Part shown: positions 9,385 through 17,808 of the stretch, in pieces
How positions within the stretch are numbered: position 1 is the first letter of the stretch
Layout of the letters: each line of letters begins with the position of its first letter
IMG/VR virus record: IMGVR_UViG_3300032282_004151
Span: 8,317 to 72,316 of that record
DNA: 64,000 bases
Source: a virus
Strand: one strand, 5' to 3'
Made by a program: the position numbers and the translations under genes
The notes under the pieces: model-generated
What the model was told of the DNA's origin: nothing
Database searches by the model: none
Seen by the model: only the letters and a program-made list of their open reading frames with translations

Positions 9385-9580
9385 CGTTCTTTAAATAACA
9401 TAGTTGGAAAGCATCCCTTCGATGAACCTGTGGTGCGCTCTTCGCGCCGCCAGAATAATACAAGCGACGATAAAAAAACAGAAGCAAGTAAAGTAATGGT
9501 GGATAGGATAGGGTGAGGAAACAAAGCAGACAAAAGAAATACCGCTTGAATAAATCACAGGCTGTGGATGAATGGAAAAT
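9385..9580 (+). ncRNA. putative structured ncRNA
   Basis: promoter at 9351, no convincing ORF; nested pairings CATCC/GGATG, CCTGTG/CACAGG, CAAGCG/CGCTTG. Confidence 0.45.
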
Positions 9581-9605
9581 CAATCATATTGACAAATAAT
9601 TTTAC

Positions 9606-9680
9606 GGCAGGCTAGAGTATGTGGTAACTCGTCACGCTCATAATGTGAAGCATCGGATTCAAACGCCGGGCCTGCTCCCA
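9606..9680 (+). tRNA. tRNA with CAU anticodon (Met/Ile2), degenerate T-arm
   Basis: cloverleaf, CTCATAA loop, CCA end; A53-G61 mismatch, C discriminator. Confidence 0.7.
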
Positions 9681-9690
9681 ATTTCTTTTT

Positions 9691-9810
9691 ATGTCACAAG
9701 AAATACAAAAGTCAGAATTGGTAGTTTTGGTGGATAAAGCGATACAAAGCAACAAGGAGATCAGAGAGCTTCTTGTTCAATTGATGGACGAGATCAAGAA
9801 ACAACCTTGA
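9691..9810 (+). CDS. 39-aa hypothetical peptide
   Basis: MSQEIQKSELVV..; stop overlaps the next -35. Confidence 0.55.
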   Translation: MSQEIQKSELVVLVDKAIQSNKEIRELLVQLMDEIKKQP

Positions 9811-9843
9811 CATTTAAAAAAAGTCTGCTAGACTGATTGCACG

Positions 9844-10227
9844 ATGAAGAAAGACACGTTCTACGTCAACGAATACAATCTGCCCAGCATCATCCGCCAC
9901 AATGTGCGGATTGATTGGGTTAATCTGAACGAGGGTTATGATGGGGACTATGACCCCGAGAACCCCGAGGATGTGAACCTACTGCGGTTCGATGTGTTTC
10001 GCCACGAGGGTCCAGATTGGGCTGCTATCGAGGATGGCAGCTACTGCACGCAGGTTCCTTCCAAGACTGACCATGCCACTCTCAGTCGTATTCTGAGCAG
10101 CTTCATGGATTATATCTATGACGATGTGTCCTCTCACGGCAAGGCCAAGCGTCTGTGCGAAAGTTTGAGTTGGACCAGCCCAGATGGCAACATTATGATC
10201 AATTCGATGGACAACATTTTTTCCTAA
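9844..10227 (+). CDS. hypothetical early protein
   Basis: own promoter. Confidence 0.8.
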   Translation: MKKDTFYVNEYNLPSIIRHNVRIDWVNLNEGYDGDYDPENPEDVNLLRFDVFRHEGPDWAAIEDGSYCTQVPSKTDHATLSRILSSFMDYIYDDVSSHGKAKRLCESLSWTSPDGNIMINSMDNIFS

Positions 10228-10230
10228 ACT

Positions 10231-10554
10231 ATGAGCAACAACACGACATATTCGGATAACTTCGTTGGCTTTGTTGCCAATGACATTGATGGCAATGATT
10301 TCATTGGCTTCTGCCGCGCCATGCTGCGCGGTACAGGCTTGGTTGTGCGTCCTTATGCACGCAATAGGAACCGCAAGCAGTTTTACAAGAATGTCAAGAC
10401 CAGTGCATTTTCCAAGCACAAGTATGCCTGTAATCTGCCGCTGAAGTATGCCACGCATTATGCCCTTTACATCCACAAGAGCAAGAACTTCAATGGGGAC
10501 TATCTGTCCAAGCTTGAGCTTGCCAAGAGGGCTATCAGCAACATCGCTGTCTGA
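10231..10554 (+). CDS. hypothetical protein
   Basis: ORF coupled to the upstream gene. Confidence 0.75.
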   Translation: MSNNTTYSDNFVGFVANDIDGNDFIGFCRAMLRGTGLVVRPYARNRNRKQFYKNVKTSAFSKHKYACNLPLKYATHYALYIHKSKNFNGDYLSKLELAKRAISNIAV

Positions 10555-10600
10555 TTTTGGTCCTTGACTTTTTATATCTTGGTGTCATGATGGTGGCACG

Positions 10601-11320
10601 ATGAACGAACAACTGCTCAACAAGCTCAAGAAGCTGCTGAACCTCTCAAAGTCTGCCAACGAGCATGAGGCTGATCTCGCCCTTCAGAAGGCGACGGCCC
10701 TTGCCACGGAGGCGGGTATTGACCTTGCCATTGTGCAGGCTCGTGGTGAGACGGAGGCGGAGAAGTTGGAGATGGTCGAGGAGACTGCCTTTTCTGGCAA
10801 ACGCCTTCCCTCCCTCCAAAAGTATGCCAGTTGGCTGCTCAACAAGCACTTCAATGTGACGGTCATCTATTCGGGTGGCCGTTACTTTGGGCGCAGCGTC
10901 AACATCCTTGGCGACAAGAAGGACGTTGAGTTTGCCAAGTTCGTCAACGAGTTTGTGCAGGATGACTTTCAGCGCCGTTGGGATTACTACAAGAAGACCA
11001 ACAACCTCTCGGTGCGGATGAAGGCTACCTTCATGTACAACCTTTGGAGGGGCTTGGACACCAAGCTGGCTGACGCCAAGAAGGCGGCGGAAACTGCCAA
11101 GTTCGAGACTCTGCCCGTTGAGCAGCGCAAGGAGACGGAGGTGCGGTATGGGCTCGTGGTGTCGGACAAGAAGGCGGCGGTAAAGACTTTCGTCAACCAA
11201 AAGTATCCTCGCCTGTCAAACACAAAAACCACCATCACGAACTTTTCCAACTCGACAGTCGCCAAGGATGGGTATTCAATTGGGCAGTCGATCAACATCA
11301 GCCGCCCCATCTCGTGCTAA
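10601..11320 (+). CDS. DUF2786 domain protein
   Basis: KLKKLLNLSKSANEHEADLALQKA N-terminal signature. Confidence 0.85.
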   Translation: MNEQLLNKLKKLLNLSKSANEHEADLALQKATALATEAGIDLAIVQARGETEAEKLEMVEETAFSGKRLPSLQKYASWLLNKHFNVTVIYSGGRYFGRSVNILGDKKDVEFAKFVNEFVQDDFQRRWDYYKKTNNLSVRMKATFMYNLWRGLDTKLADAKKAAETAKFETLPVEQRKETEVRYGLVVSDKKAAVKTFVNQKYPRLSNTKTTITNFSNSTVAKDGYSIGQSINISRPISC

Positions 11321-11799
11321 CCTATCGCCAATCCATCCGCCACTACCATCAACTGGGCGCATACAACTGTGGCCCAGTTGCCCTTTCCTGCCTCTTTGAC
11401 GCCTCTTTGGAGACCCTTGAGACCCTCGTTGAGTGCCACAAGGACAAGGGAACCTACACCAGCAAGGTGGTTGAGGCAATGAAGGAGGAGGGGGTAGAGT
11501 GCAGCCACGTGAGCCTACAGGGCGACGGCAGCAACCATCTGTGGTGGCTTGAGCTTAACTCCTACCGCTTCCCCATCTACCTTGGTTGCCACTTCGTGGT
11601 GCAGGGCAAGAGGGGTCGCCCTAGCCATCGCCATCACGCTGTGCTGCTCGCCAATGGAATGATCTATGACGGCAACAGTCATCGCGAGGAGCCCATTGCC
11701 GCCATTGCTGAGAAGTTCAACAAGCAATTTGTGATCAAGGATGCAATCATCTTTCATCACGAACTGAAGAATTGGAAAGCTAATTTGGAAGCCGCGTAG
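11314..11799 (+). CDS. papain-like (C39-type) cysteine peptidase
   Basis: Q...YNCGPVAL..HAVLL..YD, a Cys-His-Asp arrangement. Confidence 0.65.
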   Translation: MLTYRQSIRHYHQLGAYNCGPVALSCLFDASLETLETLVECHKDKGTYTSKVVEAMKEEGVECSHVSLQGDGSNHLWWLELNSYRFPIYLGCHFVVQGKRGRPSHRHHAVLLANGMIYDGNSHREEPIAAIAEKFNKQFVIKDAIIFHHELKNWKANLEAA

Positions 11800-11874
11800 A
11801 AAAATCAAAAATTATTTAAAAATTTATTGACTTCATTGGGGGAAAGAATATTTATGAATGATTCCTTTCCTCCA

Positions 11875-12000
11875 ATGAAACTTCTCTCTTTTAACGGCAA
11901 AGTTTTCAAGGTAAATCACCCAAATCTTCCTGTCCCACTTCCGACGCAACCATTGTTGCCACCGAAGTTGATCACAGAGAAAAAGGTGAAAAAGCCTTGA
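11875..12000 (+). CDS. small Pro/Lys-rich peptide whose start lies in a hairpin
   Basis: MKLLSFNGKVFKVNHPNLPVPLP..; TGA overlaps TTGACT. Confidence 0.45.
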   Translation: MKLLSFNGKVFKVNHPNLPVPLPTQPLLPPKLITEKKVKKP

Positions 12001-12109
12001 CTTTATTTTACAAAAAATGTCGAGTCCCATATATTTCTAGTTGACTTTCATAAAAAGTCGGGTAGGATGTACGGGTAATCAACCAGAAAACCTCTAACTA
12101 AAAAATAAA

Positions 12110-12577
12110 ATGGGTTTGGATATGTATCTCACCGCCGAGCGGCTTGTCTCTGGCTACGACTACAACAAGGACGAGAACTTTGATAAGCTTCTTGAACTTA
12201 TGAACCTTAGCAAGGACGACGTTGGAGAGAGTGCCAGCGTAAGCCTTGAGGTTGGCTACTGGCGCAAGGCAAACGCCATTCACTCTTGGTTCGTCCAAAA
12301 TGTGCAGGATGGCGTGGACCAGTGCCAACGCTCGTATGTGACGAGGGAGCAGCTTGAGGAACTGCGTGACGAGTGCGTGGCTGCTTTGGCCGCGTACAAT
12401 GCTGGCGAAAAGATCGAGGCAGAGAACGTCCTTGCGCCCACAACCGGCTTCTTCTTTGGTTCTACGGAGATTGATGATTGGTACAAGAAGGACTTGGAAA
12501 AAACCATCAAGATCGTGGAGAAGTGCTTGAGTGACAAGTTCAAGGCTTATTCCTTTTTCTACCAAGCAAGCTGGTAA
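12110..12577 (+). CDS. conserved-looking phage hypothetical protein
   Basis: MGLDMYL..YWRKANAIHSWF..GFFFGSTE..YQASW. Confidence 0.88.
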   Translation: MGLDMYLTAERLVSGYDYNKDENFDKLLELMNLSKDDVGESASVSLEVGYWRKANAIHSWFVQNVQDGVDQCQRSYVTREQLEELRDECVAALAAYNAGEKIEAENVLAPTTGFFFGSTEIDDWYKKDLEKTIKIVEKCLSDKFKAYSFFYQASW

Positions 12578-12616
12578 GGCTTGACTTTTCATTTTCATCG
12601 AGTATCATTCCTCATT

Positions 12617-12772
12617 ATGAATGAAGCAAATGAAAATGGAGTTTTGTCTAGCATCCTTGAAGGTATTCTAAGTGTCACAGTTGGAATAATCAAGGTGCTG
12701 TTTATCTTGGTTGTTGGCGTTTTGTTCTTGGCACTTGGTGGTTGGATACTTGCCATGTTCAAGAATGATTAA
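12617..12772 (+). CDS. small membrane protein
   Basis: promoter upstream; long hydrophobic stretch. Confidence 0.7.
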   Translation: MNEANENGVLSSILEGILSVTVGIIKVLFILVVGVLFLALGGWILAMFKND

Positions 12773-12817
12773 AATAAGTCTGGACTTTCCATTATTATCT
12801 GCTAGAGTATTAGGACT

Positions 12818-13120
12818 ATGAACGCTACGAAAATTGAGCCGTCCATCTGCCATTACATCACCGCCAACACGCTTCACGAGATGAGCAAGCCTGCTGCCGA
12901 GGCCATCGACGCCCTATTCAATTCTGATCTGGATGTGTCCTTTGGCGATGCCAACCGCACGCTGATCGACATTCCTCACTTCATTCAGATGCTTGAGGAT
13001 GCCTTGGATCAGCAGGGCATCTTCTACGATGAAAATGACATCATTCACGGTGGGTTCATTGAAATCAAGGATGCGCTTGACGAAGTTGATCGTAACGTCT
13101 ACATTGATCTGGAGAATTGA
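12818..13120 (+). CDS. hypothetical early protein
   Basis: own promoter. Confidence 0.8.
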   Translation: MNATKIEPSICHYITANTLHEMSKPAAEAIDALFNSDLDVSFGDANRTLIDIPHFIQMLEDALDQQGIFYDENDIIHGGFIEIKDALDEVDRNVYIDLEN

Positions 13121-13140
13121 TTAATATTTATTGACATTAC

Positions 13141-13219
13141 GCTCTTGTATTGGCTCTGTCTTCTAAACAGATCGCGCATAACTGGATTAATGTGGGTTCG
13201 AGTCCCACCAAGAGCGCCA
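13141..13219 (+). tRNA. non-canonical D-armless tRNA-Arg(UCU)-like RNA with 20-nt variable region
   Basis: GCTCTTG/CAAGAGC-G-CCA; TCTGT-CTTCTAA-ACAGA; GTGGG-TTCGAGT-CCCAC; only 7 nt where the D-arm should be. Confidence 0.75.
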
Positions 13220-13263
13220 CTTTCTTCTTGATTTTTTAAAAAAAGTCTCCATACTATACCACA

Positions 13264-13443
13264 ATGAAACTCAAAGACTACATCAAGGAATTGCAAACTC
13301 TCGCCAAGAATTCTCGGCCTGACATTGAGGTTGCTTATGCTGCCGATGATGAAGGCAATCGTTTTGATTATGTGCGCTTTCGCCCAGCCGTCAATACTGT
13401 TGAGATCGACGGTGAAGAAGTTGAGGTTGTGACGGTCAATTAA
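13264..13443 (+). CDS. small hypothetical protein
   Basis: MKLKDYIKELQ..DDEGNRF; own promoter. Confidence 0.75.
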   Translation: MKLKDYIKELQTLAKNSRPDIEVAYAADDEGNRFDYVRFRPAVNTVEIDGEEVEVVTVN

Positions 13444-13446
13444 AAA

Positions 13447-13599
13447 ATGAAAAAATACGGCTATGTTCTTGTTGATGGAAACAAGATTTCCGTCAAGAAA
13501 ATCAAGTTCATTGACATTGAAGAAGATAGATTTGGCGTTGATCTTATGACCTTTGAATACAAAGGTAGGGTTCTTAAGTCATACATTTTTGCTGGATAA
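13447..13599 (+). CDS. small hypothetical protein
   Basis: MKKYGYVLVDG.. Confidence 0.65.
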   Translation: MKKYGYVLVDGNKISVKKIKFIDIEEDRFGVDLMTFEYKGRVLKSYIFAG

Positions 13600-13609
13600 T
13601 AATTTCAAT

Positions 13610-13685
13610 GGGCGGTTAGCTTAATGGTTAAAGCAGAGAACTCATAATTCTTTGAGTGGGGGTTCGAATCCCTCACCGCCCACCA
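13610..13685 (+). tRNA. tRNA-Ile2/Met (CAU)
   Basis: canonical cloverleaf with CCA. Confidence 0.92.
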
Positions 13686-13696
13686 ATTTTTAAACT

Positions 13697-13876
13697 ATGA
13701 AAGACAAAACCATCAAGTTCATCAAGTACGATCTCCCGTGTATTTTTGCGGCGCTGATCATTCCCATTGGCATTTACAACGGCGTTGTGGGCATTTACAG
13801 CAACAATGTATGGCAGTCTTCAACTGGCTTGTTCCAACTTCTTTTTGCTGCCGAGGTTTTTCGAACCAAGCCTTGA
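13697..13876 (+). CDS. small membrane protein
   Basis: MKDKTIKFIKYDLPCIFAALIIPIGIY..; stop overlaps -35. Confidence 0.65.
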   Translation: MKDKTIKFIKYDLPCIFAALIIPIGIYNGVVGIYSNNVWQSSTGLFQLLFAAEVFRTKP

Positions 13877-13909
13877 CATTTAAAAAAAGTCTGTTAGAGT
13901 ATCCTAACA

Positions 13910-14128
13910 ATGAGAACTGGATTTGTCATCGAGTTTAATGTTCGGGGGCAAGATGGGCGGATCTATCCGTCGTCTGTGATATCTTCCAAGCAATTTGGAG
14001 AGGCTGAGTTCAATGATCTAACAGGCAACAATTGCCCTCATGTTTCTGTTGACAATGATATCGAAGGTCACAATTATGAATACGATGTGCCTGTGAAGTA
14101 TGATAGGTGCTTCGTTGTATTGCCTTGA
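13910..14128 (+). CDS. hypothetical early protein
   Basis: own promoter. Confidence 0.75.
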   Translation: MRTGFVIEFNVRGQDGRIYPSSVISSKQFGEAEFNDLTGNNCPHVSVDNDIEGHNYEYDVPVKYDRCFVVLP

Positions 14129-14172
14129 CTTTAGATAAAAAGTAGTCATTCTAGTTCTTGTTCTTTTAGAAT

Positions 14173-14247
14173 GGGTTCGTAGCTTAACGGTGAAGCAGCA
14201 TCCTTTTAAGTTGTTGATTGTGGGTTCGAATCCCACCGAACCCACCA
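14173..14247 (+). tRNA. tRNA-Lys(UUU)
   Basis: cloverleaf, CTTTTAA loop, CCA. Confidence 0.93.
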
Positions 14248-14249
14248 AT

Positions 14250-14678
14250 TTATTCCACTCGCAAAGATTGGCCTTTGTAGGGTGACTCTGGAAGGTCGGA
14301 GTGAAGCCCATCGTGGATTTCACAATGACAATTCTTGCAGACAAGAATGACCTTCTTAAGTTCAGTTTCCAATCTGGAAATGTGGCCCTCGTTAAGTATC
14401 TTTGCTATCAAATGTTCTTTGTCATCTTTATCTTTATGATGAAAATCTAAAGCGGACAATGATTTGTTGTAATCACACAGGCAGCATTTCCCTCCGAAAA
14501 TGATGGATTTCACTTTGTGTTTTATTTCCCCACGACGTTTTCTTTTGTTAGCCAGAATGCTTTGTTTTGATTTTTCCGATGTGTGCCAATAGACTGTTCC
14601 AATAGAGCAATCCATAATTTCGGATATTTCTTTTGCCGATTTTCCTTGGTCGTGTAATTTAAGTATGTTTTCTTTCAT
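14250..14678 (-). mobile_element. free-standing HTH-HNH homing endonuclease inserted in the tRNA cluster
   Basis: HTH N-terminus; CCLC..LDFHH..LVCKNCHCEIH; antisense and AT-rich; ATATTTAT 4 nt before ATG. Confidence 0.85.
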
Positions 14679-14777
14679 ACAGATAAATATCGTCATTAAG
14701 TCTAAAACAGCGACTTAAATGCTATTTTGTTTGACAAATGATAGAAACTTTCCATACTTATTGTTGTTCTTTTCAAT

Positions 14778-14853
14778 GCCTTCTTAGCTCAATTGGCAGA
14801 GCACCTCATTTGTAATGAGGATGTTGTCGGTTCAAGTCCGACAGAAGGCTCCA
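14778..14853 (+). tRNA. tRNA-Thr(UGU)
   Basis: canonical cloverleaf with CCA. Confidence 0.95.
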
Positions 14854-14858
14854 TTTTT

Positions 14859-14933
14859 GCCCTCATCGTATAACGGTTAGTACACCGCCCTTTCACGGCG
14901 TAGATCGGAGTTCGATTCTCCGTGGGGGTACCA
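14859..14933 (+). tRNA. tRNA-Glu(UUC)
   Basis: canonical cloverleaf with CCA. Confidence 0.95.
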
Positions 14934-14938
14934 ATTTC

Positions 14939-15011
14939 GCAATGAACCCAAAGATGATGGAGGGGATGGCCTCGTGCCATAATAGCGCGTGAAAGCTCGC
15001 GCCTTGCACTA
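14939..15011 (+). ncRNA. tRNA-like multi-hairpin RNA
   Basis: GCAA/TTGC closing stem; ATGGC/GCCAT and GCGCG/CGCGC hairpins; ends ACTA. Confidence 0.4.
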
Positions 15012-15050
15012 TTTCCTTGACTTTCTGATAAAAAAAGTCATACTCGTTTT

Positions 15051-15108
15051 TGTTGGTTGAGATAGAATAGTCTATTAAAGATGGTTCAATGCCATTGCTT
15101 GACCAACA
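15051..15108 (+). ncRNA. small three-way-junction RNA with T-loop
   Basis: 11-bp closing stem, ATAGA/TCTAT hairpin, GATGG-TTCAATG-CCATT; promoter at 15017. Confidence 0.45.
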
Positions 15109-15136
15109 GTTATATTTTTAGTTCAATCTTATTTAC

Positions 15137-15346
15137 ATGAACACACCAACTCTAAATGAAATTGCTGGTTACAAAGAGCCAACTCATTTGATATCTACTA
15201 TGAATGATCTTGAAGAAAAAAATGCAGAACTTCGCAAGGAGTTTCTTCGGTTTGTTGAACATTTCAAATGCTTTGAAAAAACATCATCTGATCCTTCTGA
15301 CGCTGTTGCGTTCAAACGAGCCAGAGAAATTTTGAATAATTCTTGA
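15137..15346 (+). CDS. hypothetical protein
   Basis: ORF; stop overlaps -35. Confidence 0.7.
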   Translation: MNTPTLNEIAGYKEPTHLISTMNDLEEKNAELRKEFLRFVEHFKCFEKTSSDPSDAVAFKRAREILNNS

Positions 15347-15379
15347 CTTTTTATAAATAGGTGTTAGGCTATTATCATA

Positions 15380-15664
15380 ATGAAAATCAAACTCCAAGAA
15401 GCCCTTGACCTTATTCATGCTGCTGATGTGGTCAAGCTCAATGGATACATCACTCCTAGCATTTCCATTGAAGAGATCAATGGCGATTCTAATAACGAGG
15501 TGATGTACGTCAATTGGGAAGATGACGGCCTTCAGTTTAACTTGTGGGTCATTGAAGAGAACAACGTTGAGGTTGAGCGTGATGGTCACAAGCTGACTCT
15601 CATTGACGACGAAGGCGATCCTTTTGAGCTTCATCTTTTTCGCCAAGTGCCTATCTTGGCTTGA
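15380..15664 (+). CDS. hypothetical early protein
   Basis: own promoter. Confidence 0.8.
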   Translation: MKIKLQEALDLIHAADVVKLNGYITPSISIEEINGDSNNEVMYVNWEDDGLQFNLWVIEENNVEVERDGHKLTLIDDEGDPFELHLFRQVPILA

Positions 15665-15697
15665 CTTTTTTTAATTAACCACCATACTATCACGACT

Positions 15698-16105
15698 ATG
15701 GCCAACTACTACGAAAATGCTCGCACCAATTATTTCCGAGTCAAGGATGATGAAAAGTTCAAGGAGTTCATCAGTTCGTTTGACGGTTTGACAACTTATG
15801 AGGACGATGAGAACCGCCATACTATCCTCTTTGATTATGAGTCTGGTGTTCCCTTCAGCAAGTACAATGATGAGACCCAAGACTATGACGATGTTGATTT
15901 CTTGGGTGAACTGTCAAACCATCTTGCTGACAACAGCGTTGCTGTTCTGATTGGTGCTGGTGCTGAAAAGCTGCGCTACATCAATGGCTATGCTGAAGCC
16001 ATTGACAATACTGGTGAGCGCGTGAGCATCAACCTCAATGCCATTTACAACCGTGCATTGGAAAAGTTTGGCAGCGAAAAAGAAATTACGATGGCAGAGT
16101 ACTGA
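15698..16105 (+). CDS. conserved-looking phage hypothetical protein
   Basis: MANYYENARTNYFRVKD..GAEKLRYINGYA. Confidence 0.85.
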   Translation: MANYYENARTNYFRVKDDEKFKEFISSFDGLTTYEDDENRHTILFDYESGVPFSKYNDETQDYDDVDFLGELSNHLADNSVAVLIGAGAEKLRYINGYAEAIDNTGERVSINLNAIYNRALEKFGSEKEITMAEY

Positions 16106-16146
16106 GAGCTTGACTTATTTTAATTTTTAGGTACTGTACCACCATC

Positions 16147-16362
16147 ATGAAACAAGAATTCCGCAACCTCCTCATCAACCTGCTTGACTCTCCTGACGGC
16201 ATCCCCGAGCATACCTATCGGCAGTTGGTAACATTTACTGACAAGCATTTTTCAAACAGCTGTGAGGATGTTTGGAGCGCCACCGAAGGTGGTGAAGGAA
16301 GCAATGGCTATTGCATCTTTCTTGACGAGGATGTTGCCAACAAGCTTCGCACCAACTCTTGA
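16147..16362 (+). CDS. hypothetical early protein
   Basis: own promoter. Confidence 0.75.
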   Translation: MKQEFRNLLINLLDSPDGIPEHTYRQLVTFTDKHFSNSCEDVWSATEGGEGSNGYCIFLDEDVANKLRTNS

Positions 16363-16437
16363 CACTTAACACATAGGCGCGATAATTGACAGCCTATCAA
16401 CGTGGGGCCAACCAAGCACAACTCCACTTATTTTTTT

Positions 16438-16525
16438 GGCCGTATGGTGGAACTGGCGATACACTTTGGACTTAAAATCCAACGCCCGTAAGGGATTGAG
16501 GGTTCGAATCCCTCTGCGGCTACCA
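16438..16525 (+). tRNA. tRNA-Leu(UAA)
   Basis: cloverleaf with long variable arm and CCA. Confidence 0.93.
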
Positions 16526-16572
16526 AGATATTCTTGACATTTCTATAAAAAGTATCCATTATCCTACACGTA

Positions 16573-16878
16573 ATGAGCACTATTACATTCGCTACCATCA
16601 ACACAGCTATCATCACCGGTGATCTTGACGAGTCTCTTGACTTCATCAAGCACGCCATCAAGACCCGCGAGGAAATGCTGCAAGGTCAACTCAAGCGTTC
16701 CTTGAGCATCGGTGACAAGGTGAAGTTCAATGACCAAACCACGCCCATCTATATGCGCGGTATGGTCGCCACCATCATCAAGATCAATCGTGAGCGGGTT
16801 GTGGTCAATATGGACAATCCCACTGGCCGATTCCGCAACAACGTAACCGTGCCGTTCTCCCTCTTGGAGAAGGTTTAA
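16573..16878 (+). CDS. hypothetical protein with SH3/KOW-like C-terminus
   Basis: LSIGDKVKF..IIKINRERVVV..VPFSLLEKV. Confidence 0.8.
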   Translation: MSTITFATINTAIITGDLDESLDFIKHAIKTREEMLQGQLKRSLSIGDKVKFNDQTTPIYMRGMVATIIKINRERVVVNMDNPTGRFRNNVTVPFSLLEKV

Positions 16879-16886
16879 AATAGGCG

Positions 16887-16916
16887 GGTGGGTCGCGCAT
16901 ACCGTAAAACACGCGA
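16887..16916 (+). ncRNA. H-type pseudoknot motif, copy 1
   Basis: GGTG/TACC and TCGCG/CGCGA. Confidence 0.55.
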
Positions 16917-16952
16917 ATTTTCTTGCCTTTCTATAAATTTTAGGTCTTACTC

Positions 16953-17171
16953 ATGCACATGAAGCTTACCAAAACCCATCCACTGTTTATGCAGTTTCTT
17001 TCATTGTCATATGCATTAAGTCCAGAAAATTTAACCTGCGATGGCGAGTGCAGTCGTGCAGAAGTAAATTCTCGCTACAACAAGATTGCAAAACAGTGGG
17101 CCGAACTTGAAAAAAAGTTTGGCGGTCGCGTATCAGAAAACGATGTTTGGGATGCTGAATTCAGCAAATAA
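16953..17171 (+). CDS. hypothetical protein
   Basis: LSPENLTCDGE motif. Confidence 0.8.
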   Translation: MHMKLTKTHPLFMQFLSLSYALSPENLTCDGECSRAEVNSRYNKIAKQWAELEKKFGGRVSENDVWDAEFSK

Positions 17172-17176
17172 AAAAT

Positions 17177-17776
17177 ATGCCACGTAAAGCCCAACCTCGT
17201 ATTGTTCGACCATCTGGCATTGAGCAAAGTGCCAATGGCAGCTACTATTATTGGAAGTGCAATGTATCTGGCAAGGAAACATTTGCGCCGGAAGCTCGCT
17301 TCAATGATGTAGTCAAGAATTATGGTGGCGAAGAAAAGCTGTTCAATGAGTATGTGCTGCGATCTGTGCAAAAGTATGTGTCTGAAGGATTTGATGCAGA
17401 AACCATCAAGAGCATCATGGATGCAAATGATGGCACTTTGCCAAACCTAGACAAGAAGCCCATCAAGGAAAAGAAAGATAAGCGGCGCACAATCAATGCT
17501 TTGTCAGTTGGCGAGATTGAAGTTGCAAGCGAACCCAAGGTGCAGATTTTTCCTTGGAGCGGCAACCCAGACTATTTTAGGTCGCCCCCTTCAGTTTTTA
17601 GCGTGGAAGATGAAAGCAGAAATGCTTGCATCTACCCCAACAGAAATCTTGATGATCAATGTCTTGGATGCTCAATTTATGATCGCTGCCATTCATCTGC
17701 CAAGTTCAGCAAAGATGACATGAACAAGCCCAAGCATCAGATCAAAATCAAGAAGGTAAACTCGTTTTCAGTTTGA
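17177..17776 (+). CDS. hypothetical protein with Cys cluster
   Basis: CIYP..CLGCSIYDRC. Confidence 0.75.
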   Translation: MPRKAQPRIVRPSGIEQSANGSYYYWKCNVSGKETFAPEARFNDVVKNYGGEEKLFNEYVLRSVQKYVSEGFDAETIKSIMDANDGTLPNLDKKPIKEKKDKRRTINALSVGEIEVASEPKVQIFPWSGNPDYFRSPPSVFSVEDESRNACIYPNRNLDDQCLGCSIYDRCHSSAKFSKDDMNKPKHQIKIKKVNSFSV

Positions 17777-17808
17777 CATTCTAAAAAAAGTAGTCAGTCT
17801 AGTTAAAG

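Noticed and set aside
16372-16430. Two small hairpins before tRNA-Leu as a fourth pseudoknot copy
   Set aside because: They lack the GCG-CA and CA-CGC elements and are probably a terminator or processing stem.
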